This document shows, in pieces, positions 11,892 through 23,962 of a stretch of DNA of 64,000 nt. This DNA is from Vicugna vicugna. Taxonomy: Eukaryota. A model generated the notes under the pieces. It made no database searches. It saw only the letters and a program-made list of their open reading frames with translations, and had not been told where the DNA came from. Each line of letters begins with the position of its first letter. Position 1 is the first letter of the stretch. Position numbers and translations under genes: made by a program. The stretch covers positions 3,013,010 to 3,077,009 of the forward strand of contig MU058384.1 of the NCBI GenBank assembly GCA_013265495.1. Reading direction: 5' to 3'.

Positions 11892-13028
11892 TTTATTTTT
11901 CTTTCTTTTCAAACATTTTTTATTGAGTTATAGTCATTTTACAATGTTGTGTCAAATTCCAGTGTAGAGCACAATTTTTCAGTTATACATGAACATACAT
12001 ATATTCATTGTCACCTTTTTTTCTTGCTGTGAGCTACCACAAGATCTTGTATATATTTCCCTGTGCTATACAGTATAATCTTGTTTATCTATTCTGCATA
12101 TGCCTGTCAGTATCTACAAATTTTGAAATCCCAGACTGTCCCTTCCCATTTATCTTGGCAACCACAAGTTTGTATTCTATGTCTATGAGTCTGTTTCTGT
12201 TTTATATTTATGTTCATTTTTTTTTTTTTAGATTCCACATATGAGCGATCTCATATGGTATTTTTCTTTCTCTTTCTGGCTTACTTCACTTAGAATGACA
12301 TTCTCCAGGAACATCCATGTTGTTGCAAATTGCATTATGTTGTCAGTTTTTATGGCTGAATAGTATTCCATTGTATAAATATACCACCTCTTCTTTATCC
12401 AGTCATCTGTTGATGGACATTTAGACTATTTCCATGTCTTGGCTATTGTAAATAGTGCTGCTATGAACATTGGGGTGCAGGTGTCTTTTTGAAGTAGGCT
12501 TCCTTCTGGATATATGCCCAGAAGCGGGATTCCTGGGTCATATGGTAAGTCTATTCCTAGTCTTTTGAGGAATCTCCATTCTGTTTTCCACAGTGGCTGC
12601 ACCAAACTGCATTGCCACCAGCAGTGTAGGAGGGCTCCCTTTGGTCCACAGCCTCTCCAGCATTTGTCATTTGTGGACTTTTGGATGATGACCATTCTGA
12701 CTGGTGTGAGGTGATACCTCATTGTAGTTTTGATTTGCATTTCTCTGATAATTAGTGATATTGAGCATTTTTTCATGTACCTATTGATCATTTGTATTTC
12801 TTCCTTGGAGAATTGCTTGTTTAGGTCTTCTGCCCATTTTTGGATTGGGTTGTTTGTTTGTTTTCTTATTAAGTCGTATGAGCTGCTTAATATATATTCT
12901 GGAGATCAAGCCTTTGTTGGTTTCATCGTTTGCAAAAATTTTCTCCCAATCCGTAGGTTGTCATTTTGTTTTACTTAGGGTTTCCTTTGCTTTGCAGAAG
13001 CTTGTAAGTTTAATTAGGTCCCATTTGT
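11892..13028 (-). mobile_element. Young 5'-truncated L1 (3' ORF2 + 3'UTR)
   Basis: ORF 12426-12791 [24 protein letters not shown]...CWW...QPLWK...[12 protein letters not shown] matches the L1 ORF2 C-terminal domain; T-rich tail. Confidence 0.97.
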
Positions 13029-13141
13029 AAGGAAAATAATGAGTTTGAAGCAAATTGGATAATGAAGAAAAAAATCAGATGTTATGAAAACAATAATGTC
13101 TATGCTTTCTCGATTATGTAATTGTTAAACCATATATTTAC

Positions 13142-13168
13142 TTTGCTTAATATTTTGTGGTTATCACT
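13142..13168 (-). other. Candidate 27-nt microexon
   Basis: catttttataaacag|AGTGATAACCACAAAATATTAAGCAAA|gtaaat; phase 0 SDNHKILSK. Confidence 0.3.
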
Positions 13169-13950
13169 CTGTTTATAAAAATGATTGCCAATTTCAAGTC
13201 TCATGAGGAGAGTGAGCCAGAGGGTATTGTAAGAGATAAGCACTAATCCTAAAATAGTGTTTGAACAGGACAGCTGGCACTCCTTAGCAGGACTCAGGTG
13301 TTACAACCAAGGCTTAAGCCATAACAGTTAGAAAAAAAGATCCCACATGGAAACTTTTTTTCTCAGTGGTGTATATTCTGAATTTCTGTTTTCAATGAAC
13401 AGTGAGGGATGGGGCTGTGAAATACATTTTCAACTGGGTAGATGTGAAGAGGGCGCATGGAAAGTGGTAAATTAAGAGATTAATTGAATCTTTCCTTTGA
13501 AAAAAAGAAATCAGAAAAGCCCTGTTGAGACTGGGGGGTTTGCAGTATTGTTGACTTTGGGACTCAATCAATGGGAATTTTTAATTACAGGTCCTTGGAA
13601 AACTGACCAGGCTACTCATTGCCCCACCCTTCTCACCTCCATCAAATTGCGGAAGCCCTTCCTTCTCCTAGAATTTGAAAGCCTCTGGGGGGCAGGCAGG
13701 GTTTAGGGAGGTGCTTGCTCATCAGGGTGATGCAGGGGCAGGGTGAGCACCTGATAGTGGCATCTCCTTGTATTGTGCATCCTAGGTGACTCGCTGGTCT
13801 CACTGTAGTCAGAAAGTTATCTGAAAGGTTTGGATTCAGGCAACGTAGTGAGCTGGTGGTCTTCAGGCACGTGCAGAGATGTGCGAGCACCTGGGCTCAG
13901 GTCCTGCGTCAGCTCCAGTGAAGAGAAAGTGCAAGTTGCTATGCCTCAAC

Positions 13951-13994
13951 CTCAACTGTTTGAAATGGGTTTGTTCCTCCGAAGAAAATGGTAC
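13951..13994 (-). other. Candidate 44-nt exon (strong acceptor, weak donor)
   Basis: gtgtgttttggccttttag|GTACCATTTTC...CAGTTGAG|gttgag; phase 1 xTIFFGGTNPFQTVE. Confidence 0.25.
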
Positions 13995-15460
13995 CTAAAA
14001 GGCCAAAACACACCTGTGACTGATTAACTCTTCCAGAGTCGGCCGAGCCTGGTCTGCCTGCCTGCCTGGGCAGCTGAGAATGTGTTTCCCAAGCTGTTTA
14101 GTTTGACTATTTCTCTAGTGGCTTACAGATGGCTGGGTTAGTCTCCAAGTAGATTCTCTCTGGCTCGTTCTTTCCACTTCTGACCTTCCTGAGACCCACC
14201 TGTCTGCCTGTGGTGATCTGGCAATGACTGTTGAACATTCCTATGATCAGAACACCCAGATGCTGGTTCTCAGCGGGGCTGTGTCTTCCTCATTGCAGGG
14301 GAGTGAAATCGTTCCTGGAAGAGTCTAACACCTTACTGTCTTGACTGCTTGCATTTTGCATGTTTGAACAAAGCTTTTCGTTGTGATTCCCAGATATGAC
14401 TCCTTCCTTTCTACTCCCCCAAAGCACCTGCCTTATATTTCTGTTTATTGCTTCCTCTGCCCTATCTTTATAGTGCGTGGCATGCAGTATTGTCCTCACC
14501 AGAGTATAGGTTCCGTGAGTCCAGGGACAGCATCTCATGCCAGAGTCAGGCATGAGAGCCCTGACTCTCCAAAGCATTTAACCCAGTGGCTAGGTTGTGG
14601 GATGTGTCCTGGAAAAAAAATTCTTAAATGAATGAAGGAGTGAATAATTGAATTGATCACTATCAAAGAAAATTCACAGAAATGTTTGCTTCTGATTGGA
14701 CAGGGACATATTCCTCTTGGTGCTCAAACTCCTTGTTAACCAAAGCACTGCTCGAGGAAGATGTTGTGGGAAGCAAGGGCTGGCCAGAAGGAGCATGAAA
14801 ACAGATCCAGGAAAGAGACACTGTCATGAGTCAAACTTAGCGACTTATTTAGATAATAAGGGGTAATGCCAGAGTTAGTAATAGACTAGACGATTACAAA
14901 AGTACAATATGAGGAAATAATTGTTAGTTGGGGTCCTGTTGTTTTAGAATGTCAGTGAAAATGTGGGCAAATTGTATTTATGTTGGATGAGATCTTTAGA
15001 TTCTATTACTCCAAAAACATTGTAACATATTTTAATGATTCAGTACAGTGTACCCATGATTTTGAGTGTGGCGTATCAGGATGTTTTAAAGAAGACTCCT
15101 CAGTATCTGGCCTCAAACGCTATCTGGTTGGTTGGTTTGAATGAGGCACTCAGACGATTGATTAATTCTCGTTACAGACAACAAACAGAGCAGGCTAAGG
15201 GATGCCTCAAGTCTTTCCAATCTCTGAAATGTCATGAGTATATACGTCTAAGTGGTTTTAAAAAACACAATTTTCCAGAGTGTTCTTTACTTAAAAAAAG
15301 ATCCAAATGTACTTCTCCTCATGAATATAACTTGAATATTTAAATATACATTGTTCTCTGTTCAGTGATTCATTTGAATATATTTTAAATGAAATATTAA
15401 TATTTTAATAAATAATATCTGTCAGTGAGGGCTCAAAATGTATGAACTATTTAATTTCTT

Positions 15461-15587
15461 TTTTGGGGGGAGGTCATCAGGTTTATTTATTCATTCTCTT
15501 ATTTTTTGACGGAGGTACTGGGAATTGAACCCAGGACTCCATGCGTGCTAGGCAGCAACTCTACCACTGAGCTCTACCCTCCCAACC
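15461..15587 (-). mobile_element. tRNA-derived SINE (camelid Vic-1 type)
   Basis: A/B boxes on reverse strand (agctcagtggtagag; gggttcaattccc); 18-bp TSD tgaactatttaatttctt at 15443-15460 and 15588-15605. Confidence 0.9.
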
Positions 15588-16107
15588 TGAACTATTTAAT
15601 TTCTTAACACCAAACCTACATTTCTCAACTACAAACCAGAAAAACATTTTCTACTAGAAACACCACACCATGACGATGTTCTCGTCACAATTTGCTGAAC
15701 AACCTTTTGTCAGGAATGAGAGGAGAGGACTTCTGCTACAACCTTGAGAGCCACAGAAACCTGTATCTACAGCTCTGGTGGCAAAAATGCTCAGCACTTC
15801 GCAGGGCATCGGGAGGGCAGGGAGGGAGGGGAAAGTCATCGCTCACATTTGATTTCTCCTGCTGTAACTATGCTACTGCCGCATCCATGGAGCCAGGAGG
15901 AAGTACGGAGAAGGCAGAGATGTTACCTATGTATCTTACTCAAATCGAAAGCCACCAGTTCCCCTCTCCTTTCTGTTATCCATTCCCCAGCACTCCCCAT
16001 CGTGAGACAGGGTGACCTTACATCAGACACAGAAGACGGAAGAGAGAATTTGGCATAACTTACAGAAAAGCTCCCGATGAAAATCGAATTTCTTTTGCTT
16101 TACAAAA

Positions 16108-16158
<51 letters not shown>
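16108..16158. repeat. (TA)n microsatellite
   Basis: Direct reading. Confidence 0.95.
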
Positions 16159-16165
<7 letters not shown>

Positions 16166-18659
16166 GACACACACATATGTGTATTTCACCCTAAGAGTTT
16201 ATTGTCTTACCAACATAGACACACAAAATTCTTTATGATCTGACTTGAGCATGAAATCCCATTGATACATAGCATGCTATGCTCTTTGGTCCACCAAAAT
16301 GTGTTTAAAAATGAGATTTTGTGGCTTTCTAGGCTGGTTGAATAATGAGGAAGATGGTCAGGCTTGGCTTTTCCCTGCTAAAACAGTTTCTGATAAAAGG
16401 AAACTAAACTTCCCCTTTCCTCTGTTTCTCCTCTTTCACAGCTTTGGCTCTTACCAAAATACCTGTCATCTCAGATTAGGATGGGATGCCCCGGAGATTG
16501 CCCTATGTAGTGAAAACTACCTCTTTGATGGTCTTACTTCTCAAGCATTGTACTAAAGGTTTTGCATTCACCATCAGCATGCAAACATGTTTACGTGGGG
16601 TGAGGTCTCCTTGACTGGAACCATAATCTTATGCTCTTGCCTATTTCTGCTTAACTATAATCAGTGTCCATGGAATTGTGCAACTGATCCAGGATTTTAT
16701 TTCAGAAGAAGCCTGGGCTATGCATAAGCTCTTTGTGAACAAATTCACCCTGAAATCCCAGAAAGTCCAAAGATGAGTCATCTGGTATATGGCTGCCCCA
16801 GTATATGAATCTGTGATCAAACTGGTGTTTTCTGATGTGTTGGTCAGAGTGTACATGAGGGTGTACAGTGGGTGGCCGATGTAGGAAGAAGGCAATTTGA
16901 TGAATGGCAGGCATTAAAATGAAGCAAGGAAGAAGCAGCACTAAATCTGTGGTTCAGGCTATTCAGCCACGTGCGGAGGGACCCAACGTTGGCAGCGACA
17001 AGCTAGTAGAGTCAAGGAAATGAATTGCAAACTTTGGAGGTGGCCAGGGTAGCCAGAATTCTGAATCATAAAAACTCCCCTGTACGAACAGCATCGACTG
17101 GAGACAGAATGGAGGTGATGTTGAATAATTTCCTTGAGAAAAACTGAATCAATTTTGTACACTCTTTCCCAACTAACATAAACCGTCCCTGAATACAGAA
17201 CAGAACGCCTTCTGGAGAAAAAAATCACTCGCTCTCCTCCATCTCCCTGACTTATTTGTATTTTATATCAACTTCATGATACGTTTGGTTTCTTCATCCT
17301 TTACTACAATCTATTTCCCCCTTCATCCCTCTTGCGGAGTGAAATATGGAGAATTCGAAGGAAAAGGAATATCTCAACTTGTCCTTAAGACACACAGTCC
17401 TAACACTGCTTTTTGAAAAAGGGCAAGAGTTTGCTAACTCCATGGGGAAAAGACATAGCAAATCTGTGCTAGTTTTTTCCGTTTGGTCTTCTTTGTGTAT
17501 GTGCGTAAGAATAGCGAGCTACTTCACGTGAGCTTGCGCAGTCGCTGGTGTGGGTGGAGAAGTACTTGTACTGGTCTTCCTGGCTGGCTGGGTGAAAAGA
17601 CAAAGTTGGCCTCGACATGAAGCACCCACGGCTTCTGTTGGTTCTCTGCTCTCACTGGCTACTCATTCAGCTCTGGGTTATCTTTCAAAACCCCCTTCCA
17701 GTATTGCCTCTCAGGAAACCTTTTTCAATATACTATACACTCCCTGTTTCTCCACCTCCACCGCTCTCCCCCATGAATCATTTTCTCTATGCTATTTCTA
17801 GACTTCGTCCGTATTTCAATATGTAGAAACCACTGCTTTGCATTCTGTTTACATGTCTGTCTCTCCTATTAGTGTGTGAACCCCTCCAAAGAGGAGATGT
17901 CATTTTGCCTGTAGCCCTGCACTCAACAGTGGATGGCAGAGAGTGGGGACCAAATAAATGTACGTGTAACTGACCCGGCTGCAGCTATGGCTCATAGGCA
18001 GCCCAGGAATTTACTGTTCCCTAACTGCAGGATCGATCTCACCGATATTTGATTTATTTTCTGGCTCAGTAAGTTTCCCTCAAAGCCAGTTCTGGGCTAT
18101 TGTGAAATGTCTTTCTCATAAGCCACTTCCCCTCCATCCTATTAACACAGAGTCCAGGCAGAATGTTTCTTTGTGGACTCTAGGCAGTGATGGGGAAATG
18201 AAAATATCATATTGCATTAATTCTAAAAAAATAGATTGTTTTTGACCTTTTGAACTGACATTTCGAAGTATCTTAAATATTTCTTACTGGAATTAGGGAG
18301 TATCATACTCCTAGTATTCTGAGTGAGTGGTATCTTACAATTATGATTGGCCACGCTTTTTGCTCTCTGAGTTGTACTCAAATAATGCATCTTTTAATGA
18401 TGGTATCTTAGATTTGTGGAAACATGGTCCTTTAGGAAAGTAGTCCTACTAGTGGCCAGCCCAGTCGTACCAGGTTGAATTCTGGGTATGTTCCAAGTGC
18501 CACATTAAAATCAAACCCAAAGCAGACTTTCCCAGAATAGAGTGAGAGGGTCAAACTTAAGGATCAGAGCACAAGGTTCATGTGATAGTCATTGTTACGT
18601 CTCTGGCATCTGACTTACTGCGTGCTTGTCACAATTGTTCTTAATACATAAAAATAATT

Positions 18660-18900
18660 GTTAACAGTTTTTGGTCTTTGTGACAGTCACTGTGTTTTAA
18701 GTGCTTTTCATACATAAGGCCATTTACTTATCAGGACATCACCTTGAATGGGTTCCAATATAATCCCCATTTTTCAGATGCATAGGGTGAGGCTGGGGAT
18801 AGATGGGTCACACGCCTAAGTCTATGGATAGTAAGTGGCTGAGCTGTGTCTGGACCCCAGCTTGACTTCAAAAGCCATGCTCTCGTTCACAATGCAATGC
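18660..18900 (-). mobile_element. MIR SINE
   Basis: atccccatttttcagatg ... agtaagtggctgagctg ... tgacttcaaaagccatgctct. Confidence 0.75.
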
Positions 18901-19554
18901 ATTCTCCCCAGTGGATATGTATTTTGAATAAGTGGTATTTCTACTGATCTTGATGGCCATTTGCTTACTCAGGGTTGTCAGTTCTCAACTTTCTTTTCAA
19001 ATTGTCCACTTTCCTGGGCGCCATGGTGTCCACTGGTCATTAAATCTTAGATTTCATATTTGGTATGAATATTACTTATTTATAATGAACAGTCTGTTGG
19101 AAAAAATATTTTCCTTAATGATAATAGACAAAATTCTATCAAAACCAAAAATCCTGTAGGAGAAGTTTGTGATTATGTTGGTATTGTATTCTGTAAGCAC
19201 AATCTTGTGGAGGTAAAAATAAAATTTTTTGGAAGTAGAAGAAAAAAAGTGTAATCTTTCTTTGGTAGGATTGTCACTCTTGAGATCATGGAGAAAAAAA
19301 CTAAGTTCAGTGGGCTTGACTAATCTCTTCTGTTGGGGCTGAGATCTGTTTTTTCCAACATCAAGACTCTCGAGCATCATCTTAAGAAATTACTGAGGAA
19401 CTTCACTTCAGGTACAAGAGATTCCCTTAGGCCAGTCACCTTTTCTCTTTCTAATCATTACAGAGATCAGAACCAGGGGTGGTGGAGTGGACGCCTTCCT
19501 GGGTGATGCAGGACGCACTGGTCCAGACTGAACTTGAATGAAAGTGCATTGCAG

Positions 19555-19716
19555 GCACCTGGTACCTGGAGGGCTTGTGTCAAAAGAGATTGCTGGACCC
19601 ACCCCAGAGTTTCTGATTTATTGGGTCTGTGGTGGGCCTTGACAACTTGCATTTAAACAAATTCCTAGCTGCTGCTGTTCCTGCTAGTCCAGAAGCCACA
19701 TTCGGAGAACCACTGG
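19555..19716. mobile_element. MER5A (hAT-Charlie)
   Basis: gattgctggacccaccccagagtttctgatt ... cacattcggagaaccactgg. Confidence 0.85.
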
Positions 19717-21379
19717 CCTCGATGTTAGAAGACCTGAGTTTGGGTCCTGGAGTCCTCGCTTTACCAGCCATGACTTAAGGAATTGAGTTATCTGAGTCTT
19801 GGTTCCTTATCTGTAAACTGAATGATGAACTACTTGTTCTATTCATCTTACAAGACACGATGAAAGAAAAGAATGTGTTTGCCAAATACTTAAAAACTGA
19901 TTGTTGTCATTATTACTAATATTATGATGAAAGAATCTGTAGATTTATGTCACCCCAGAGAGGAGCTGGCAGAACTTTGGAGTTACACAAGGCCCAAGGG
20001 AACAGTTCAGAGAAGTCAAAGTGAATGTTGTATCCTCAAGTATAAACACAGAGGCCTTGGAAACCAGCATGGAACGTGAGTGGGGAGAACACAGGTCCTG
20101 TTGTCCTCCAAACCTGTATATGTGTGTTCAGATCCTGGCTCCATAGGACTCCAGTCTGTTTCCCACCTGGAAAATGGGAATGCGAGGACCCACCCTGTAG
20201 GCTTCTTATGCATGCCATAATGCATTTATAGAACTAGCACAGTGCTCGGTACACAGTGGGCACTCAGTCAATATTAGCTCCTAATAGAGATTTCAGCTTT
20301 GTTAATATAGCCATTTCCCATCAGGCAGCCAGCTCCCTGATCCTGAAAGACCATATTCCAACAAGGCTGCTTTGAATGAGCAATTGGACTCACTGACCTC
20401 CAATTTTCCTTCCAAATGAGATTCTAATGTCAGCACAAGGCACATGCATCTGGTCAGTTGCCAACAACCAGGATTGTTCTCTTTCATCTTCCTTTAGGAC
20501 TGACAGCTATACCACTCATGTCTTTGCCATGACTTACCAGACAGCCTTTAAGCAACACTTTCTGGAATTCCCTAGCAGGCAGAGCACTAACAATAGGAAA
20601 ACTTAACTTACGTGGGGATAAACACACAGAGCTCTTTATTTTCCCCCTGGATTATGTGACAATTGAATCAAGTCTAAACCAGAGAACGCATGACAGTGCA
20701 ATGAGCTCTTCACTAACAAATGCCAGATAAGCTTCAGCAATGTGCTCCGGGTGGGTGGAAGTTCCAGCCTTGCAAAACCCTGTAGTTAATAGAGGCAACA
20801 ACTAGAGCACAATTGCTGATCCAGTCGTGGAACCTGAATGCCAGGTCATGGGACTGGAATGCAGCTGGCTCCTCGCACCATGTTGGACAGACTTGCCCTT
20901 TATACCTCATACTGATTCGAGGTTATTCACTCAGGCTGCCCGTCCTCTTGCACATTACATACACCAACATTGTCCATTCAACTTGACATCACAAGTGATA
21001 CAGATGGTCAGGGTGTCCTTGAACATGCAAGCCTGTTACAGTGAGAGCAAGCGACTGATACATCACAAATGAGAGTGAATTTGCTCAGTTCTCTCCTCTT
21101 CTTTACTAGGTTTAAATAGACTGGGTGGGCCGGTCGCAGGCCAGGTGAGGAAGGGTGAGGGTAAGGCATTATAGTTTGATCTGACAGTGTTAGTTGCCTC
21201 TCCTGACGCTCCTTGCCAGCAAATATGGAAAATGTAATTCTTTACATGAACATCTAATATTTTATTTCTTTCCTGATTTTAAGTTAAGAGTGAGATGTCT
21301 TTAATTTTCTTTTTCTCACGGAAATACCTCCTATGACGGCAGGAAAATGCAGTCTCCAATTTTCACACAATTTTTTTTT

Positions 21380-22250
21380 CTGACTCATGGTAGATTCCCA
21401 ACTTTTCCGCACTCTGCCCTGCTCTCAGATCCCAGTTACCACTGATTCTGAGGGCTTTTTCTCACTTCCGTCAGTGTCTCAGCCTCCAGCGTACTGACTT
21501 CCTTTCCATGTGATTCATTGCCAGCTTCCACGATTACATCTAGATTCATAATCCTCCAGTCTCTTCCACTCAGTTGAGCTCTGTTTTCCATCTCAGTCCA
21601 TCTCAGCTACTCCCCCATTAAGGTCAAATCTTTCACTTGGTCACCACTCAGATCTGCTCCACTTCCAGGATAGCCAATTCTAAAATCCCTCTTCTCTTCT
21701 CTCTCCCCACTTCCCTTCCTCTCTCTCTCCCTGTACATTTCCTTTCATCTTTAGAAAGACTTCCAGCCCAGGATTCTGACCAGGGCACCTACTCCACCAC
21801 CTGAATTCGGTTTCATTGCTCCCTCAGCAGTCTGGACTCAGGGGTCAATCATTTCAGTTTGGTACCACCTACAATCCCTGCCGCGATCTCTCTCAAGTCT
21901 GTCTTCACTTTCCTGCTGGCTCTTCTGAGCACACTTGCAAGGGTCTCCTATCTGGTCTTCCTTTCTTCTAATCTGCTTTGCTCTAATCCGTGTTTAGATT
22001 ACTCTTTCTAAAATGATCATCCTGATTTTAAAGCTCCTTGAGAGCCTGCGCAACTCTGATCTTCCAAACACCTTCTACTTTTTCTTCCAAATCTTGCTCA
22101 GGGTCTTTCTCATCTCTCCCTGAAAAGCACCACTGTTTTTTTTAAAGTCCGTTTCCAGTAAGACTTTCAGATTCCCCCAACTTTACTTGACCACTTCTCA
22201 GTGGTATATTTCTATACTAGCTGTAGTAGTTTGCATATTTGTTTATCGTC
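21380..22250 (+). mobile_element. L2 fragments (ORF2 and 3' part)
   Basis: Pyrimidine-rich L2-like ORF2 relic (ggtcaaatctttcacttggtcaccactcag ~ GHTLDLVIT) followed by L2 3' motifs. Confidence 0.55.
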
Positions 22251-23414
22251 TCTATGATGTGATACAGTACATGAGCTTTGGATTTAGAGAGAGATTTGGG
22301 AGAGCTCTCAGGGCAAGCCACTCCATTTGCTAAGACCAAGTCTCCTCCTTTATAAAAAGGGACTATATCTACACAATCTACCTCATGCGGTTGTTACAAG
22401 GATTAAATGAGAAAATGACTGCCCTATAAGAGCCATTCAAGAAATATTATTTCTCCCGTTCTTCTCCATTTTTCTCCATTCCTTATGTCCCTGAGGTTAA
22501 AGACTCTGTCCTACTCATTGACTCTTGAAGGGTCAACAGTGTTTGGCTTTTAGTAGGTCATCAATAAATATTTACTGAATTTATATATCCAGATCATGCG
22601 TCTTTTTTTTTCTTCCTATTGAAAGTTGGAATTCCAGAGACAATGCATTTTTCAACTTGCAGTCCATTTTCCACTTAATTTGGGTACGTTTAAAGCAGAA
22701 TGCTTTTTATATACTGAGCAGACACAGAACAGATTACCCCCATGCCCACAATTCTATCTTCTCCATTGAGAGAGAATTGGGGCTGTGTGCTCTGTGTCTG
22801 GTCTGCAGTTGAGGCAAATTTTTCGTGGAAAAAAAATAAAACACCTCAGTCATAATAATGATATCTGAGAAGCTTCCGCTTCAGGTTCTCTATTTCATAT
22901 GGTTGTGATCAATCAGGCCCCTCTCCCAGATGTCGAGCTAATGCAAAATGAGCTGGGAAAACTGATTCACATCTTTGTATGTAGAGGGTCCCTCTTACAA
23001 AAACCTCATGGTACAACAGATTTCCTGGCAAAACAAGTGCTTTTTGGAGAAAAAGCAAGTCTTGAAGCTAGATGTTTATTAAAGGAATCATGATGTGGTA
23101 GAAAGATCATTGAACTTGGGGTGGAAAGGCCTTTACTTAAATCTCAGCCCCACTGCTCTTAGCTGTGGAGCCTCATGCAGTTTGCCAGGGCCTCTTTTAC
23201 CTTGAAGAGAGAACAATCCCCGTATCACAAGTTGTTGTGAGGACTGAAGGACACACCTGTGGAAGCCCCCAGTGGGGAGCATGGCGTATGCGGAGAGAGC
23301 AGTTAAAAAATGTTAGTTGAAATGTGAAAGTGTCTAGAGAAATGTCTTATGAAAGAAAGACCTAGCTCACTTTACACATGTATACAATAGTATAATTGTG
23401 CTGTCATGTACCTG

Positions 23415-23962
23415 AGGGATGGTTTATTATGTGTCGACTTGGCTAGGCTTCGGTGCCAAGATGTCAGCTCAAATGTCAGGCTAGATGTTGCTGTGAAGGT
23501 ATAGTTTAGATAAGATTAAGATTTAAACGAGCAGACTTTGAATAAAGCAAATTACCTTCCGTAGTGTGGGTGGGCCTTGTCTAATCAGTTGAATGCCTTA
23601 CAAGACTAAAACTGAGGTCTCCTTGAGGAAGAGAGAATTTCCTCTCCAGACTGTCTTCAGATTCAAGCTGCAGCATCACTTCTTGTTTGATCTCAACCTG
23701 CCAACCTTCTCTGCAGATTTTGGACTTGCCAGACTCCACAATTATGTAAGCCAATTCTTTAACCCAATTGCTTACCCTAATTCTAGTCCTAACCTTAGCT
23801 CTCAATCTAGCCCTCATCCTACCTCTAACCCTAACCCAAGCACTATCCCTAACCATAGCCCTAACCCTAGGGTTATGTATATATAAAATAACATATATAT
23901 AGGGATATATATATGTAAAATCTCCTATTAGTTGTGTTTCTCTGGAGAACCTTGACTAGTGC
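23415..23962 (+). mobile_element. MLT2 (C/D-like) ERVL solo LTR
   Basis: gatggtttattatgtgtcgacttggctagg...ctagatgttgctgtgaaggta... and end tctcctattagttgtgtttctctggagaaccttgactag. Confidence 0.9.
23775..23870 (-). repeat. Degenerate telomere-like hexamer array (CCCTAA/CCCTAG) x16
   Basis: ccctaa ttctag tcctaa ccttag ctctca atctag ccctca tcctac ctctaa ccctaa cccaag cactat ccctaa ccatag ccctaa ccctag. Confidence 0.85.

Noticed and set aside
12426..12791. Clean ORFs with protein-like sequence (also 1566-1886, 58430-59110)
   Set aside because: L1 ORF2 fragments from 5'-truncated insertions; cannot encode functional protein
16560..17140. Possible RTE-class LINE relic or processed pseudogene (WRWPG-like motif near 17036)
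   Set aside because: Only one weak motif; no collinear series recognisable by eye
23581..23886. Periodic R/V-rich and P/N-rich ORFs
   Set aside because: Translation artefacts of the hexamer array within an LTR
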